Assembly (NCBI GenBank): GCA_964035545.1
Contig: OZ037768.1
Coordinates: forward strand, 20,133,700-20,197,699
Length of the DNA: 64,000 bases
Direction of reading: 5' to 3'
Source: Bugula neritina
Lineage: Eukaryota > Animalia > Bryozoa
Part shown: positions 1-10,301 of the stretch, piece by piece
How positions within the stretch are numbered: position 1 is the stretch's first letter
Layout of the letters: each line of letters starts with the position of its first letter
The notes under the pieces: generated by a model
Seen by the model: only the letters and a program-made list of their open reading frames with translations
The model's database searches: none
Told to the model about the DNA's origin: nothing
Made by a program: the position numbers and the translations under genes

Positions 1-164
1 CGAAAAGTGTATAAACTACTAGGAATTTTTTTGGTAGTAACTTAGTTGTAATTAAAGCAAAATTGTTGTGTTTTCTCAAAGAAATGTAAAATAATATTTG
101 GGTGCAAATTTTCTATATGAATGAGGGAAGACAACTCTGACTCTCCACTCTCATTTATTTTTAG

Positions 165-257
165 CGGAAGTCAAGGAAAAGAAAGTTGAAGGATGGTGTG
201 ATCATACCGAGGAAAAGTTTGAGACTAGCCATTGCTAGGAGTAAAGCAGAATATTAG
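165..257 (+). CDS. Possible terminal coding exon of an upstream gene (basic peptide RKSRKRKLKDGVIIPRKSLRLAIARSKAEY*)
   Basis: Pyrimidine-rich acceptor tttatttttag at 154-164 followed by 30 sense codons and TAG; less AT-rich than flanks. No recognised homology. Confidence 0.3.
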   Translation, partial: RKSRKRKLKDGVIIPRKSLRLAIARSKAEY

Positions 258-983
258 CATGTAGTGAAAGCAGCTGCATAGTTTTGTATTAAAGCTGTTT
301 GGTTGTTAAATTAACTAACTTTTTATTATTTGCAAATGAACATTTATTGAAACTAAGACTTGCTATTTTATTAGTAAATAGGCAGCCAATTACTGGTTAA
401 AACTATAATTTAAAGACTTACATAATATTGTATTGTGTGGACATATCCTATATTGTATACAATTATTCATTTGATAATTTATAACAGCTATACCTTCTGT
501 TAGATCTCTGGTCTACCTTAGCTGGTATTAAAGAAATAACACAGACATGCATACGATTAACCACACAATGTGTTTTTTGTGTTACTACAGTTATTGATAG
601 AATATATTAATCCCAACTAGTTGTGATTATCAAAGCTACCATATTTGGTATATTCTTTGATAAGAGAGAATAATAAATGTGTTTTCAATAAAATATTAAA
701 TAGATTCAAACTTATTCCTTCATTTCTGACCGGAAAAAACAAGAGTATTAGATAATTGTTTTTTTCGGAGCGGTTTTCACATCTAGTAATAATATATTTT
801 ATTATTCAGATAAATAATATGTCTACTTTTATTATAAAATGATATATAACTACATTAAATACATTAGATTATCAATAATTCAGTGATAATCTTGATCTAA
901 CAGTAAAGGTACATGTACATGCATGCTAACACATGAACTCCAGGCAAACATAACATCTTATACACTTTGTATCTATCAGTATT

Positions 984-1055
984 ATATTATTATATGATAA
1001 ACTGCTATATAACATATTATTATATGGTATATAGCAGTTTATCATATAACAATAT
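984..1055. repeat. AT-rich inverted repeat (hairpin)
   Basis: Perfect 21-nt arms TATATGATAAACTGCTATATA (991-1011) and TATATAGCAGTTTATCATATA (1028-1048), extendable with mismatches. Confidence 0.85.
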
Positions 1056-1541
1056 TATATTATATAACAATATATCATATAATAATATATTATGCTGGTC
1101 GCTCTATATGCAAGTGCCACTATTCTATGCATTATATAACCTATAACTAACACACATATTAACATGGTACTGGAGAAATTATTCTAAATCTCTAATTTAC
1201 TGTAAGTAAAAGGTGGTCAAGGGATAGAAATTTTAATTAAAATTAAAAAGTATTATTTTTACCTACAGAGTTAGTTATATATCATATATAATTCAGTGCA
1301 ACACATGTAACAGAGTTTAAGCTGAGAGCTAAGGTTACTGCAGGACTAGATAATAATATTATGTGAATGGAAACAGAAGGAATGGATGGGAATTTTCGCT
1401 ATTGGTGGGGGGCTAGAAATAGAGTAAACTATTGACGAAAAATTGTGCTGCTCACCAATATCTTGGGGAGCAAATCAAGTATAATTATGTTGTATTTTTT
1501 TTATTGTGTGTTTTAAAATCATAAATCTGTAGTGTTGTGAT

Positions 1542-1613
1542 CACCCAGTGGTATAATGGCTAGTGTGACTGCTTAAAAACCGGTGATCTTGGGTTCGAAT
1601 CCCAGTGGGGGCA
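1542..1613 (+). mobile_element. tRNA-derived SINE head or tRNA pseudogene
   Basis: A-box-like TGGTATAATGG and B-box GGTTCGAATCC at tRNA spacing; T-stem TTGGG/CCCAG pairs, but acceptor and anticodon stems are broken. Confidence 0.65.
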
Positions 1614-2440
1614 ATTATTTTACAAAATTAAGATGTATATTTTATGTTTTTTTGCAAGTGAATGCCCCTTCTTTTCCACTCCCTGATATGCTAAGTATGT
1701 CTGGCCATACAAATCAAAAGACAAATACATGTTTGACCCCTATTCAGTTTTGTAGTGAATAACCCTGTTTCATATTGTAAATTGTTTGCGACTTTAATGA
1801 TCATTGCACGAGTTTTTAATAGCAACTGTGCTGCTCCTGAAACTAAGTGTTGCCTTTACAATATTTCTCCACTGTAATAAAGTAACTGGACAACCAACTG
1901 CTTTTCATATATTTCATTGATTATTTTATGGGCTCTTTGAAAATTGAATGCATAAAATAAATATCCTTGTTAAGCTATTGCTTGAGTAGTTAAGGTGTAG
2001 TTAGAATTCTATTGTAGGAGTAGTTCGTACTAATAACAGGTAGTAGTATGTAATATATAGAGTTAGTAAAGTAGTTACGAAACATGTTTAATTTATCTTT
2101 CAATCTGTAGCAAGTAAAGCTTTTGCCCAAAAACAAGTATGCAGCTACTAAAAGCAGTAAACCTAACTCTCAGTAGTGGGAGACTTTTTATAGAATTGAA
2201 CTTTAGAATTAATTCGTCCTAAAGTCTTAAACCCTAAATCTTAAAGCACAATGGCAAGTATTTTATAACTGACATAGTTTTATATATAATGCTGTACTGC
2301 AGTGCATAAGGAACTAAATGAGTGATTTACTAACAATTACTTCTTTCAGTTGGATCTATCAGACAGTAGATACATGTTCCTCACTATTTATGATTATTTT
2401 TTAAACTAATTTAGGAACCTCTTTATAAGTAGAGCAAAGC

Positions 2441-3765
2441 ATGTCTGTTATTCAAGATTCGGATGATATTGTGGAACTATATATGAGAGTGTGAGAGATG
2501 ATAACAGTGACATCACCTGGTGAGTCATATTTGAGTCATACTAGCTGAAATTGAGAACATAACTATGTGACATAATATAATGAGTTATACTAAGTAAGTT
2601 TATTACCGACAATTAGTCACCCTAAGTTTGATAAAACCCTAGTGTTTTAATTTAATATACTGATGATTAAGGTATACCTGGATTTTTTCATAAGGATTCC
2701 CCTTCACCCAAACACAATGACCCAACCAAATAGTGAGGAACAGTCTTTTCTAAAATTTCATGCAATATCTCTCAATTTTCTTAACAATTTACACGTTCAA
2801 CTAAACATCGGCTTGTTATTGAGACTATCTATTAGTGTCCCAAGATGCTAAGCAATCTGATGATTCATATAGGTGCACCTGTGTCTACGATGACGAAGGG
2901 CAAGGTAGAAACATTGTTGCTGGAGCTTCTGGCTCTTATTATTCAGAGTTCCTCGACATGCTTACTGGTGAGAAATTATTTTAAATACAAGAATGAATAA
3001 ATTCAATATTGCATACAATATCACATGTATGTTATTTTGTATTTATACTATATTTGTGATTTGTGTATTTAAATTTAAATATGTCATTTTAAGTTTTCTT
3101 ACCCTTTGTTTGGAGTAAATTATATAACAAATGTTTCAAAGTAGTGCTTTTTTGTATAAAGTTTTCTTACCACCAGTCTTTTCAGGTGAATCAGTTTATT
3201 ACAGCCATTAAGGCAAAACTATAAGACCCGCTTTACTTTCATCACTTGGATTGGCCCAACAGTTCCACCTCTAAAGAAACCCAAAGTCAGCACTGAAAAG
3301 GCTTTTGTGAAGCAACTGATGCCAGTATGTTTAGTCATCATCTTCCAATAGTTGTGTCAGCATGGATGCTGTATGGCACGGATACCCATGTGTTGTGATA
3401 GAACAGATGCTGTATGCCAACGGTTTATATTTCTCACAAAACTCAAACTGTTGGCATTAGTGACCAAGTGTTTATATATGATTGAATGTGAAAGCTTTGA
3501 TGTTACTTTGAGAGATCCTGATTTAGTTTATTGGGTCACATCAAAACTTGAAAAATGAAGCTATTTTTTCCATGCATGTACAAATATAATTTCATTCTAT
3601 TAAAAAAAATCCCATTACGTTATGTTATTGTTTTAGAGCTTTGCAAAGGAAGTTCTTACCGATAACAAAGCAGATTTGGATTATGACAAAGTTGTGCAGA
3701 TGCTAGAAGCTGCTAGTGGAGCTGCATACAGCACAGGGTCCGCTATTGTTCTGAAAAATTACTAG
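2441..3765 (+). pseudogene. Coactosin-like (ADF-H) duplicate, 4 exons, frame-disrupted
   Basis: Exons 2441-2519, 2873-2967, 3186-3324, 3637-3765 give MSVIQDSDDIVELY/ESVRDDNSDITW-CTCVYD...SEFLDMLT-...RFTFITWIGPTVPPLKKPKVSTEKAFVKQLMP-SFAKEVL...AASGAAYSTG. Same intron positions and phases as the intact paralog at 13927. An extra AT at about 2479-2484 gives an early TGA; exon 3 is 19 nt shorter than in the paralog and has a TAA/frameshift. Confidence 0.8.
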
Positions 3766-4120
3766 TTGGACTTAAAGTTAACAGATTTGTTGATTTATTC
3801 TAAATTTTAATAAGTGTAGAATTTTGGTGTTATAATATTCTGTGCTTCTAGGTTTTCCTAGTCACTGTATAATGATTGTAACTATATAAGGCTCTTTAAT
3901 TTTAAACTAAGTAAGTTCCCTGCAGCTATGTTTGTAATTGTTTATTAAAATGATTTGGCAAATTGTCATGTTTTTGTGATAATTGATTGCGTAATATGGT
4001 AGCTTGTATTGGTTTTCACTGCATTGGTTAAGTACTAAATAAAAAAACAAACACAAAGGAAAAAAGAAACCCAGAAATAAGAGAATACAAGAGATGTGCT
4101 GCTAATTGATATAAAAGAGT

Positions 4121-4572
4121 TGTATCGGTTTGTGTTTGTGTCTGGTTGCAAGATATGCTTTAACTACTAGCCAACTTGGCAACAGGTTTTCGAGTTTATT
4201 AACTGTCAAATCGTACCCTATAAAATGGGAAACATTAGAAATTGTATAAATAAGTAGTCACAATATAAATCAAAATTCAGAGGAACACTATGAATATTAC
4301 AGAACCAAAAAAATTGACATGATCTTTTATAATTCTAATAGACTTACAATATTGATGCGTGGATAAAAATCTTAGCCATCACAATACCGAAACCGATAGT
4401 TTATTCATACAAAGAGTGTAAATATGGCGGTTTGATCATGATACACTGACTCGTGCAGTACAGTGAATGAACTAGCTCTGCCAGCTAATAGTAGCTTTGG
4501 TAAAAGCTTTTGAAGCTTGAAAGCTTTAATGATTGGCTGCCTGCCAATACTTCTGGGTGGCATACCAATACA
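4121..4572 (-). repeat. 3' LTR (452 bp)
   Basis: Direct repeat of 9850-10301; only difference seen is G4453 vs A10182. Minus-strand TATAAAA (4331-4325) and AATAAA (4200-4195). Confidence 0.97.
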
Positions 4573-4801
4573 TCGGTGGGGTCGAATTGTTTGGCAGATA
4601 CTATTCTGACAAATATTGATAAATTATGTAAATCAAAACAAGCAAAACAAACAAAACAAAATAGGATCAGTCACAGACCATGAAATTCTTGCACCAATCC
4701 GCTGACCCCTCCGCGCACCAGCCCGTCCCCCGAAAAACGGTTGAATGCAAACCCCTCCAGCGACACGAGCGTACACGCGGCCAAGAAGGTAGATCAGTCA
4801 T

Positions 4802-6874
4802 TTATGGGTTCACTTCAGTTAATAAAGCCAACCTATGCACGCTGCGGGTTGTGATAGTGTCTTTACAGCCTACATAGTCCCTCAGTTTCCCTGCTACCTT
4901 ATAGTTTTTTGTAGGAAAGGGCTACTTTCCTTACTACGCCATCCTTGCTCGGATATACTTGATGTACTCGAGCTAGTTTATACTGATTACGCAGCTGATT
5001 TGGATCCATAACAACTACAACATCTCCCACCTGAAAGTTTCGTCTTGGGGTATGCCACTTTTGGTGATGAATCAGTGTGGGTGCATACAATTCGGTCCAC
5101 TTCCGCCAGAAGTCATCTGAGACTGTATTTACCAGAGCCAGTCGCCCCCTTAAGGAGTAGTCTGTATTCCAGTTGCCAGGATTCTTGATGAAGGGTCGTC
5201 CAATAAGTTGACAGTTAGGTGTTAATATGTTGATCTCGGAGTCTGAATCTAGCAGTAATCCCAATGGCCTTTCATTTAGTGTGTTTGCAGCTTCAGTGCA
5301 GATTGTGAGAAATTCTGTAGGTGAAAGTCGGCGGTTGCTCATTGAAAATGTGAAACATCTCTTGACAGCCTTTATGAGTGATTCAGCAGCGCCCTGATAC
5401 CAGGGGCTGTCACCGGGTCCAAATTCCCATTGCAACCCATTTTCTGCACTGGTTTTCTTGATAGAACCTTTGTCCATGCGTCTCCACATATCTTTGAGTT
5501 CTTTTTCTGCTCCAGCTAATTGTGTTCCAGGATCAGAATAAATCTTGGATGGCCAGCCACGAATGTTGACAAATTGAGTTAATGCCAACAGGAAAGAATC
5601 ACTGTCATATCCGAAAACTGCTTCGATGTGTGCTGCTCGTGAACTGATGTCTGTGAATATTACTCCATAAGCTTTGCTCGAAGTTCTAGTCTGTTTTTCT
5701 CCTCTCACAATATACGGACCAAAAAGATCTATCATTACATTGTTGAACGGCGGTCCGGTCGTTAGTCGTTCTGTAGGTAGACTTCCCATCAGTTGATCAG
5801 TAAAGCGAGGTTGTTTGAGTCGACACATTTGGCATGATGTCACTGTGCCCTTAGCAACCTTAGATCCCTGCATAGTCCAAAACTCTTCTCGGAATCTTGC
5901 GAGTGTTGCATCTCGGCCACGGTGATAGCTGTCTGTATGTGCCTGCCGCATTGCCAAGTAGGTATAGTAGTGAGTGGTGAGAAGGATTGATTGCATGTGC
6001 GTTTTAATTGCTGTCATGGGGTTATGCCTTAGGAGTCTACTGCCTACTATCCATACTCCACTCTCTGTCTTAATGGGGTGAAGTCTTGTGTATTTCCCTT
6101 TAATCTTGTTCAACTCAGAATCTATAGTGCGTTGTACCTGCTTCAGTAAGTAGAGTTTGGTCTGCCGTAGAACTGTCACGGTGACGAGATCAGGTTGGAT
6201 TCCCTTAAAACTTTTGTACTTGAAGATGTTGCGAACTCGAGCTATTGTCCATGTTAGACTCTTGAGGCTGCTGAAATTTTCATATTTAATAAATGATTGG
6301 ACTTCTGTTGATGCAGTGACGGTGTAAACTATTTTCTTCTCTCCAAAGACAAGCTCATTCGAGTCAGATGGCGATTTTATATCCCATTGATCCACAGGCA
6401 GATAGAGAAAATTTGGGCCTCTCCACCATTCACTCGCAGGTCCAATGTCATTGACAGGCTTCCTTCTTGTAAGCCAATCTGCTGTGTTTTCCTTGCCACT
6501 TACCCAGTGCCAGCAGCTCATATCCCCATTGGTTGCTCCCTGAATTTCTCCAACGCGTACACCCTCGTAAACATGAAACCTTGTTGACTTCTTTTGGAGC
6601 ATCTTGAGCACTGTTTTAGAATTGAAAAGCTGATAAATTTTCTCAAACTCATAGCGCATTTCAGTCTTAATAACTTGTCTGCTTCTCTTTGACCATACGG
6701 CCGCATTGAGTTTTAGTTGAGGAATCTTGAGTTGTTGTTTTATGGGTGCTATACGACATTTAGCTGTAGCTTTGTTTACCCCTTTAGCAGTCACTTTAGA
6801 TTCTGCCCTCTCATTGGTCGGAACAGGCGTGGATTGTGTGATAGAGGTACTGCTAGTAAATTCATACTTTTTTT
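4802..6874 (-). CDS. BEL/Pao Pol C-terminal part: truncated RNase H, HHCC zinc finger, DDE integrase core, C-terminal domain
   Basis: ORF 4899-6794: AKCRIAP..IPQLKL, W.WVSGKENTADWLTR, W..GP.FL, H-x4-H...CQMC, IDLFGP / SDPGTQL / GAAESLIK, FWRKW...Y, GDVV. The frame is open upstream to the A7 run at 6868-6874; removing one A from the A6 run at 4905-4910 extends it through YKNYKV...RSVHRLALL to TAA at 4802. Confidence 0.92.
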
Positions 6875-9826
6875 AATCTCTATAGACATGGACGTAGAGT
6901 CATTGACTTCTAAAGATCTGTTCAACTGTCCAGAACCGATTTGTTCCGCAGACTCAGTGTCTGGGTCTCCCGGGCTCTGTAACGGGCCGGAGTCATCGGC
7001 TGACTCAATCATACAACATTCAGTGGCTATAGTATGTGATTCACCACAATCTATAATAGTCTGAGGTCTTGAAAATGACTTTGCAAACTGACTGGGAGAT
7101 GCGTCGGGACTATTGACACTGTAGGCCGGCGAAGAAACTGTAGACAAGTCCAAATCACAACTGTTGAGCGTGTCGTTGTGAATGCTTTGAGAAAATTCGA
7201 CTTCCTCTAACTTCTCATGCGTCATGGTAGCCTGTACATGGAAAGATGAAGATGGAAGTGTAGAAAAGTTGCTAAGGGCCGGGTGTGATCCCTGCACACA
7301 CAGTCCAAAGGGTCCGGAATATACATAGAGGTGAGGTCCTGCTTGATCAACTTGGTGTTTTGGATGCAATCCAAGAAGATCGTTACCAATTAGCAGGTCG
7401 ATAGGTCCCGTCTTCTTCAATAGCTTGCTAGTGTCTACTTTTGGGAACAGAGATCCGAGGATGTTTGCATCAAGTGGCCTGTTGATAGCCCCTGTGAGTT
7501 TCCGAAGGCTGTAAGCTAAAATCGCAAAGGTTCTTCCCTTTGGAGTTTGTAACTTTACTTCATAAATAGTAGAAGTTTCGCTAACTTCATGTTCACCAAG
7601 TGTGTTAATTTCCAAATTCACCTTATCTATCTGTCGCACACCCCACGCTTTAGCAGCTCTCTCCGATATAAATGAAGCATTGGAGCCGCCGTCAAAGAAT
7701 ATAATAGCTGTATGAGATGTACCTACTACTTGGGCCTGCTGAATGGCAAATACTGTAGCATTTCCTGGATGATTGTGCACCCCATGATTAGGAGACACAT
7801 GAACCGTGGTGCTAACAGCAGACGCTTCAGAATTCTCGTTACTCTTGTGCTTAGTTTGATCAGCTTTTACTTTATTCTTGTTGGTATTACAATTGGTATG
7901 TGTATTAGTTTCAGCTGATTTGATGCACAATAATACATGGTGAGTTGTTTTATCACAGACTGAACAAGGGGTTCGGAAATTTGGACAGCACTTAGGCTCA
8001 TGAGCGCTCAAGCACCTAACACATAGAGAATTAGTTTTTATTAACTTGTATCTTTCATCTACAGACAACGCCAAGAAATTTCTGCACTCAACAAGACAAT
8101 GACGCTCACTGCGATGAATAAAACAGTAATTCTTACTATCAATGATTTTGCTATTATTAGTAGGCCTGTTACTACTAGACTTTGGGCCACTACTTTCAGT
8201 GTAGAACCCTTTCACCTTCTGTTTATGCATACTGGAGGACTGCGGGTTTACAGTTTCTATACGTCTGAGGGCTATCTGCCGTTCCTGCTCTAGAAACCTC
8301 ATGAGGTGTGGGAATGGCTTGATTCTCTCCTCGTGAGTAAGTATGTGAAAGTGTCTATCCCAGTCCCGTCTAATGCTTGTAGGTAATAGGTTTGCAAGAG
8401 TATCGACTTGTGGCAGCGTAACAGTTTGCAAAAGTCCCACTTCACCGAGTTGGCTGTACGAACTTTTCACTGCATTGGCCATTTTGACGAGTTCTCGTGC
8501 ATTTCCTTCCCTTACTGGCTTTAGTTCTTGTAGATTGTTGAAGACTGCTTGCACACTCATGCTAGGATCATTGTAGACCTCTTCTAATCTACACATCATT
8601 CTCTCGTAAGCTTGAGGCTGAGTTGCGAAGATTGGCTGAACCATCTCCAGAGCTTCGCCTGTGAGAAATTTTTTTAATTCGCAAGCCCTATCGACATCAT
8701 CGTAAAACATAGTGGCATATCTTAGCCATACTGACCTAAATTCCGGCCAATGGTATCTGGTGCCGTTAAATGGCTTGGGTTGTGAATGAGTTTTATGTAT
8801 AGATGAATTGAAGTTATTTCCACCTGTAAGTCTAGAGTCATAACTTATTTGACTAGTTCCATTAGGGTAGCTATCATATGCATCGACAACCGAGGAAGTT
8901 GCGCCGCGAATGAAAGATTCAGAATGAGCTGCACGATCAGGACTACCATGTAGATCACGTACTGAGAATGTAGAAGAACGAACATCTCTGACATTGGTAC
9001 TTGCTATGACACCTGGATTTGATGCCAAAGCTTCACCGGATGTGTGATCTTCCCGTAGTACCTGTCTATCACTACCACTTGCTGTGATACCTGGATTTGG
9101 TGCAAGAGTAGCCTCATGTGTGCTAGGCTGTGATCTAGGAGGAAACAACCGACTCGACGCGACCATAGTCGGTGCATGACTCGCGCCGTCTGAAGGTGAC
9201 CCCCCACCCACACCGCTCTCCGCGAGACCGGACCGGACCACGAACGAATCAGATTCACGGTGTTCGAAATTCATGCTCTGTGACTGAGCCCTTGACATAA
9301 GAGTAAACTTAGACATACAATAATCTAAAGATAAAATAACTTCATCTAGTTTTAATAATAAATCAGAAAAACCTATGGTATCTGCCAAACTTTCTGAAAG
9401 AGCTACACATTTCTTATGATGTTCAGTGATAAGAGTATTGTCAGTACAATCAGCAACTAATCCATTGGCTTTCTTAATTGCTAAAATAAGGCTGTGCTTG
9501 ATTTTATAGAATTTGCTATGCCAAGTATTACAGTCAGAAATAGCTTTGTCATAACTAGCCTTTACAGCTTGATAGTACTCTACTGGACTCATCTTATTAA
9601 CATAAGCAATGTCTTCCATAGACTCATCTGATGAAACGTATTCCAAAAAGTCATAATGGATAGTTAGAAACTCTTGATATGTAGATTCAAGCTGAGATCG
9701 CAGGCATTCCACTTGTGTAGAGTTGCTACTAGAGATTGCTGATTCTATGAGATTAGTTAGCATTGTTACCTTAGACCTCAGAGTAGTCCGTTGCTTCTTG
9801 AGATTAACTATGTCCTGTCGGTCCAT
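6791..9826 (-). CDS. BEL/Pao Gag + aspartic protease + Ser/Thr-rich linker
   Basis: First ATG at 9826 (MDRQDIV...). PFNG...WPEF capsid-like region, three Cys/His knuckles (CFIH..H..C, CVRC..H..C, CSVC..HH.LLC), protease FFDGGSNASF and DLLIGND. No RT motifs follow. Confidence 0.93.
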   Translation of the reverse strand: MDRQDIVNLKKQRTTLRSKVTMLTNLIESAISSSNSTQVECLRSQLESTYQEFLTIHYDFLEYVSSDESMEDIAYVNKMSPVEYYQAVKASYDKAISDCNTWHSKFYKIKHSLILAIKKANGLVADCTDNTLITEHHKKCVALSESLADTIGFSDLLLKLDEVILSLDYCMSKFTLMSRAQSQSMNFEHRESDSFVVRSGLAESGVGGGSPSDGASHAPTMVASSRLFPPRSQPSTHEATLAPNPGITASGSDRQVLREDHTSGEALASNPGVIASTNVRDVRSSTFSVRDLHGSPDRAAHSESFIRGATSSVVDAYDSYPNGTSQISYDSRLTGGNNFNSSIHKTHSQPKPFNGTRYHWPEFRSVWLRYATMFYDDVDRACELKKFLTGEALEMVQPIFATQPQAYERMMCRLEEVYNDPSMSVQAVFNNLQELKPVREGNARELVKMANAVKSSYSQLGEVGLLQTVTLPQVDTLANLLPTSIRRDWDRHFHILTHEERIKPFPHLMRFLEQERQIALRRIETVNPQSSSMHKQKVKGFYTESSGPKSSSNRPTNNSKIIDSKNYCFIHRSERHCLVECRNFLALSVDERYKLIKTNSLCVRCLSAHEPKCCPNFRTPCSVCDKTTHHVLLCIKSAETNTHTNCNTNKNKVKADQTKHKSNENSEASAVSTTVHVSPNHGVHNHPGNATVFAIQQAQVVGTSHTAIIFFDGGSNASFISERAAKAWGVRQIDKVNLEINTLGEHEVSETSTIYEVKLQTPKGRTFAILAYSLRKLTGAINRPLDANILGSLFPKVDTSKLLKKTGPIDLLIGNDLLGLHPKHQVDQAGPHLYVYSGPFGLCVQGSHPALSNFSTLPSSSFHVQATMTHEKLEEVEFSQSIHNDTLNSCDLDLSTVSSPAYSVNSPDASPSQFAKSFSRPQTIIDCGESHTIATECCMIESADDSGPLQSPGDPDTESAEQIGSGQLNRSLEVNDSTSMSIEIKKSMNLLAVPLSHNPRLFRPMRGQNLK

Positions 9827-9849
9827 GTCAGCCTCAACAATATTGGTAC

Positions 9850-10301
9850 TGTATCGGTTTGTGTTTGTGTCTGGTTGCAAGATATGCTTTAACTACTAGC
9901 CAACTTGGCAACAGGTTTTCGAGTTTATTAACTGTCAAATCGTACCCTATAAAATGGGAAACATTAGAAATTGTATAAATAAGTAGTCACAATATAAATC
10001 AAAATTCAGAGGAACACTATGAATATTACAGAACCAAAAAAATTGACATGATCTTTTATAATTCTAATAGACTTACAATATTGATGCGTGGATAAAAATC
10101 TTAGCCATCACAATACCGAAACCGATAGTTTATTCATACAAAGAGTGTAAATATGGCGGTTTGATCATGATACACTGACTCATGCAGTACAGTGAATGAA
10201 CTAGCTCTGCCAGCTAATAGTAGCTTTGGTAAAAGCTTTTGAAGCTTGAAAGCTTTAATGATTGGCTGCCTGCCAATACTTCTGGGTGGCATACCAATAC
10301 A
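9850..10301 (-). repeat. 5' LTR (452 bp)
   Basis: Direct repeat of 4121-4572, followed by TSD AGAGT. Confidence 0.97.

Larger units (their letters stand above)
4121..10301 (-). mobile_element. BEL/Pao LTR retrotransposon, RT-less derivative, recent insertion
   Basis: Two 452-bp TG...CA LTRs, 5-bp TSD AGAGT (4116-4120 and 10302-10306), BEL/Pao domain order Gag (3 Zn knuckles)-protease-RNase H remnant-integrase. Confidence 0.97.

Noticed and set aside
1542-1613. Functional tRNA gene
   Set aside because: Acceptor and anticodon stems do not pair properly; treated as SINE head or pseudogene.
4573-4590. Plus-strand PBS (TCGGTGGGGTCGAA resembles the complement of a tRNA T-loop)
   Set aside because: Does not start with TGG, distance to the TTCGA complement is too short, and ORFs and LTR signals are on the minus strand.
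9827-9880. ORF-track N-terminus MQPDTNTNRY of gag
   Set aside because: Starts at a TTG inside the LTR; first ATG is at 9826.
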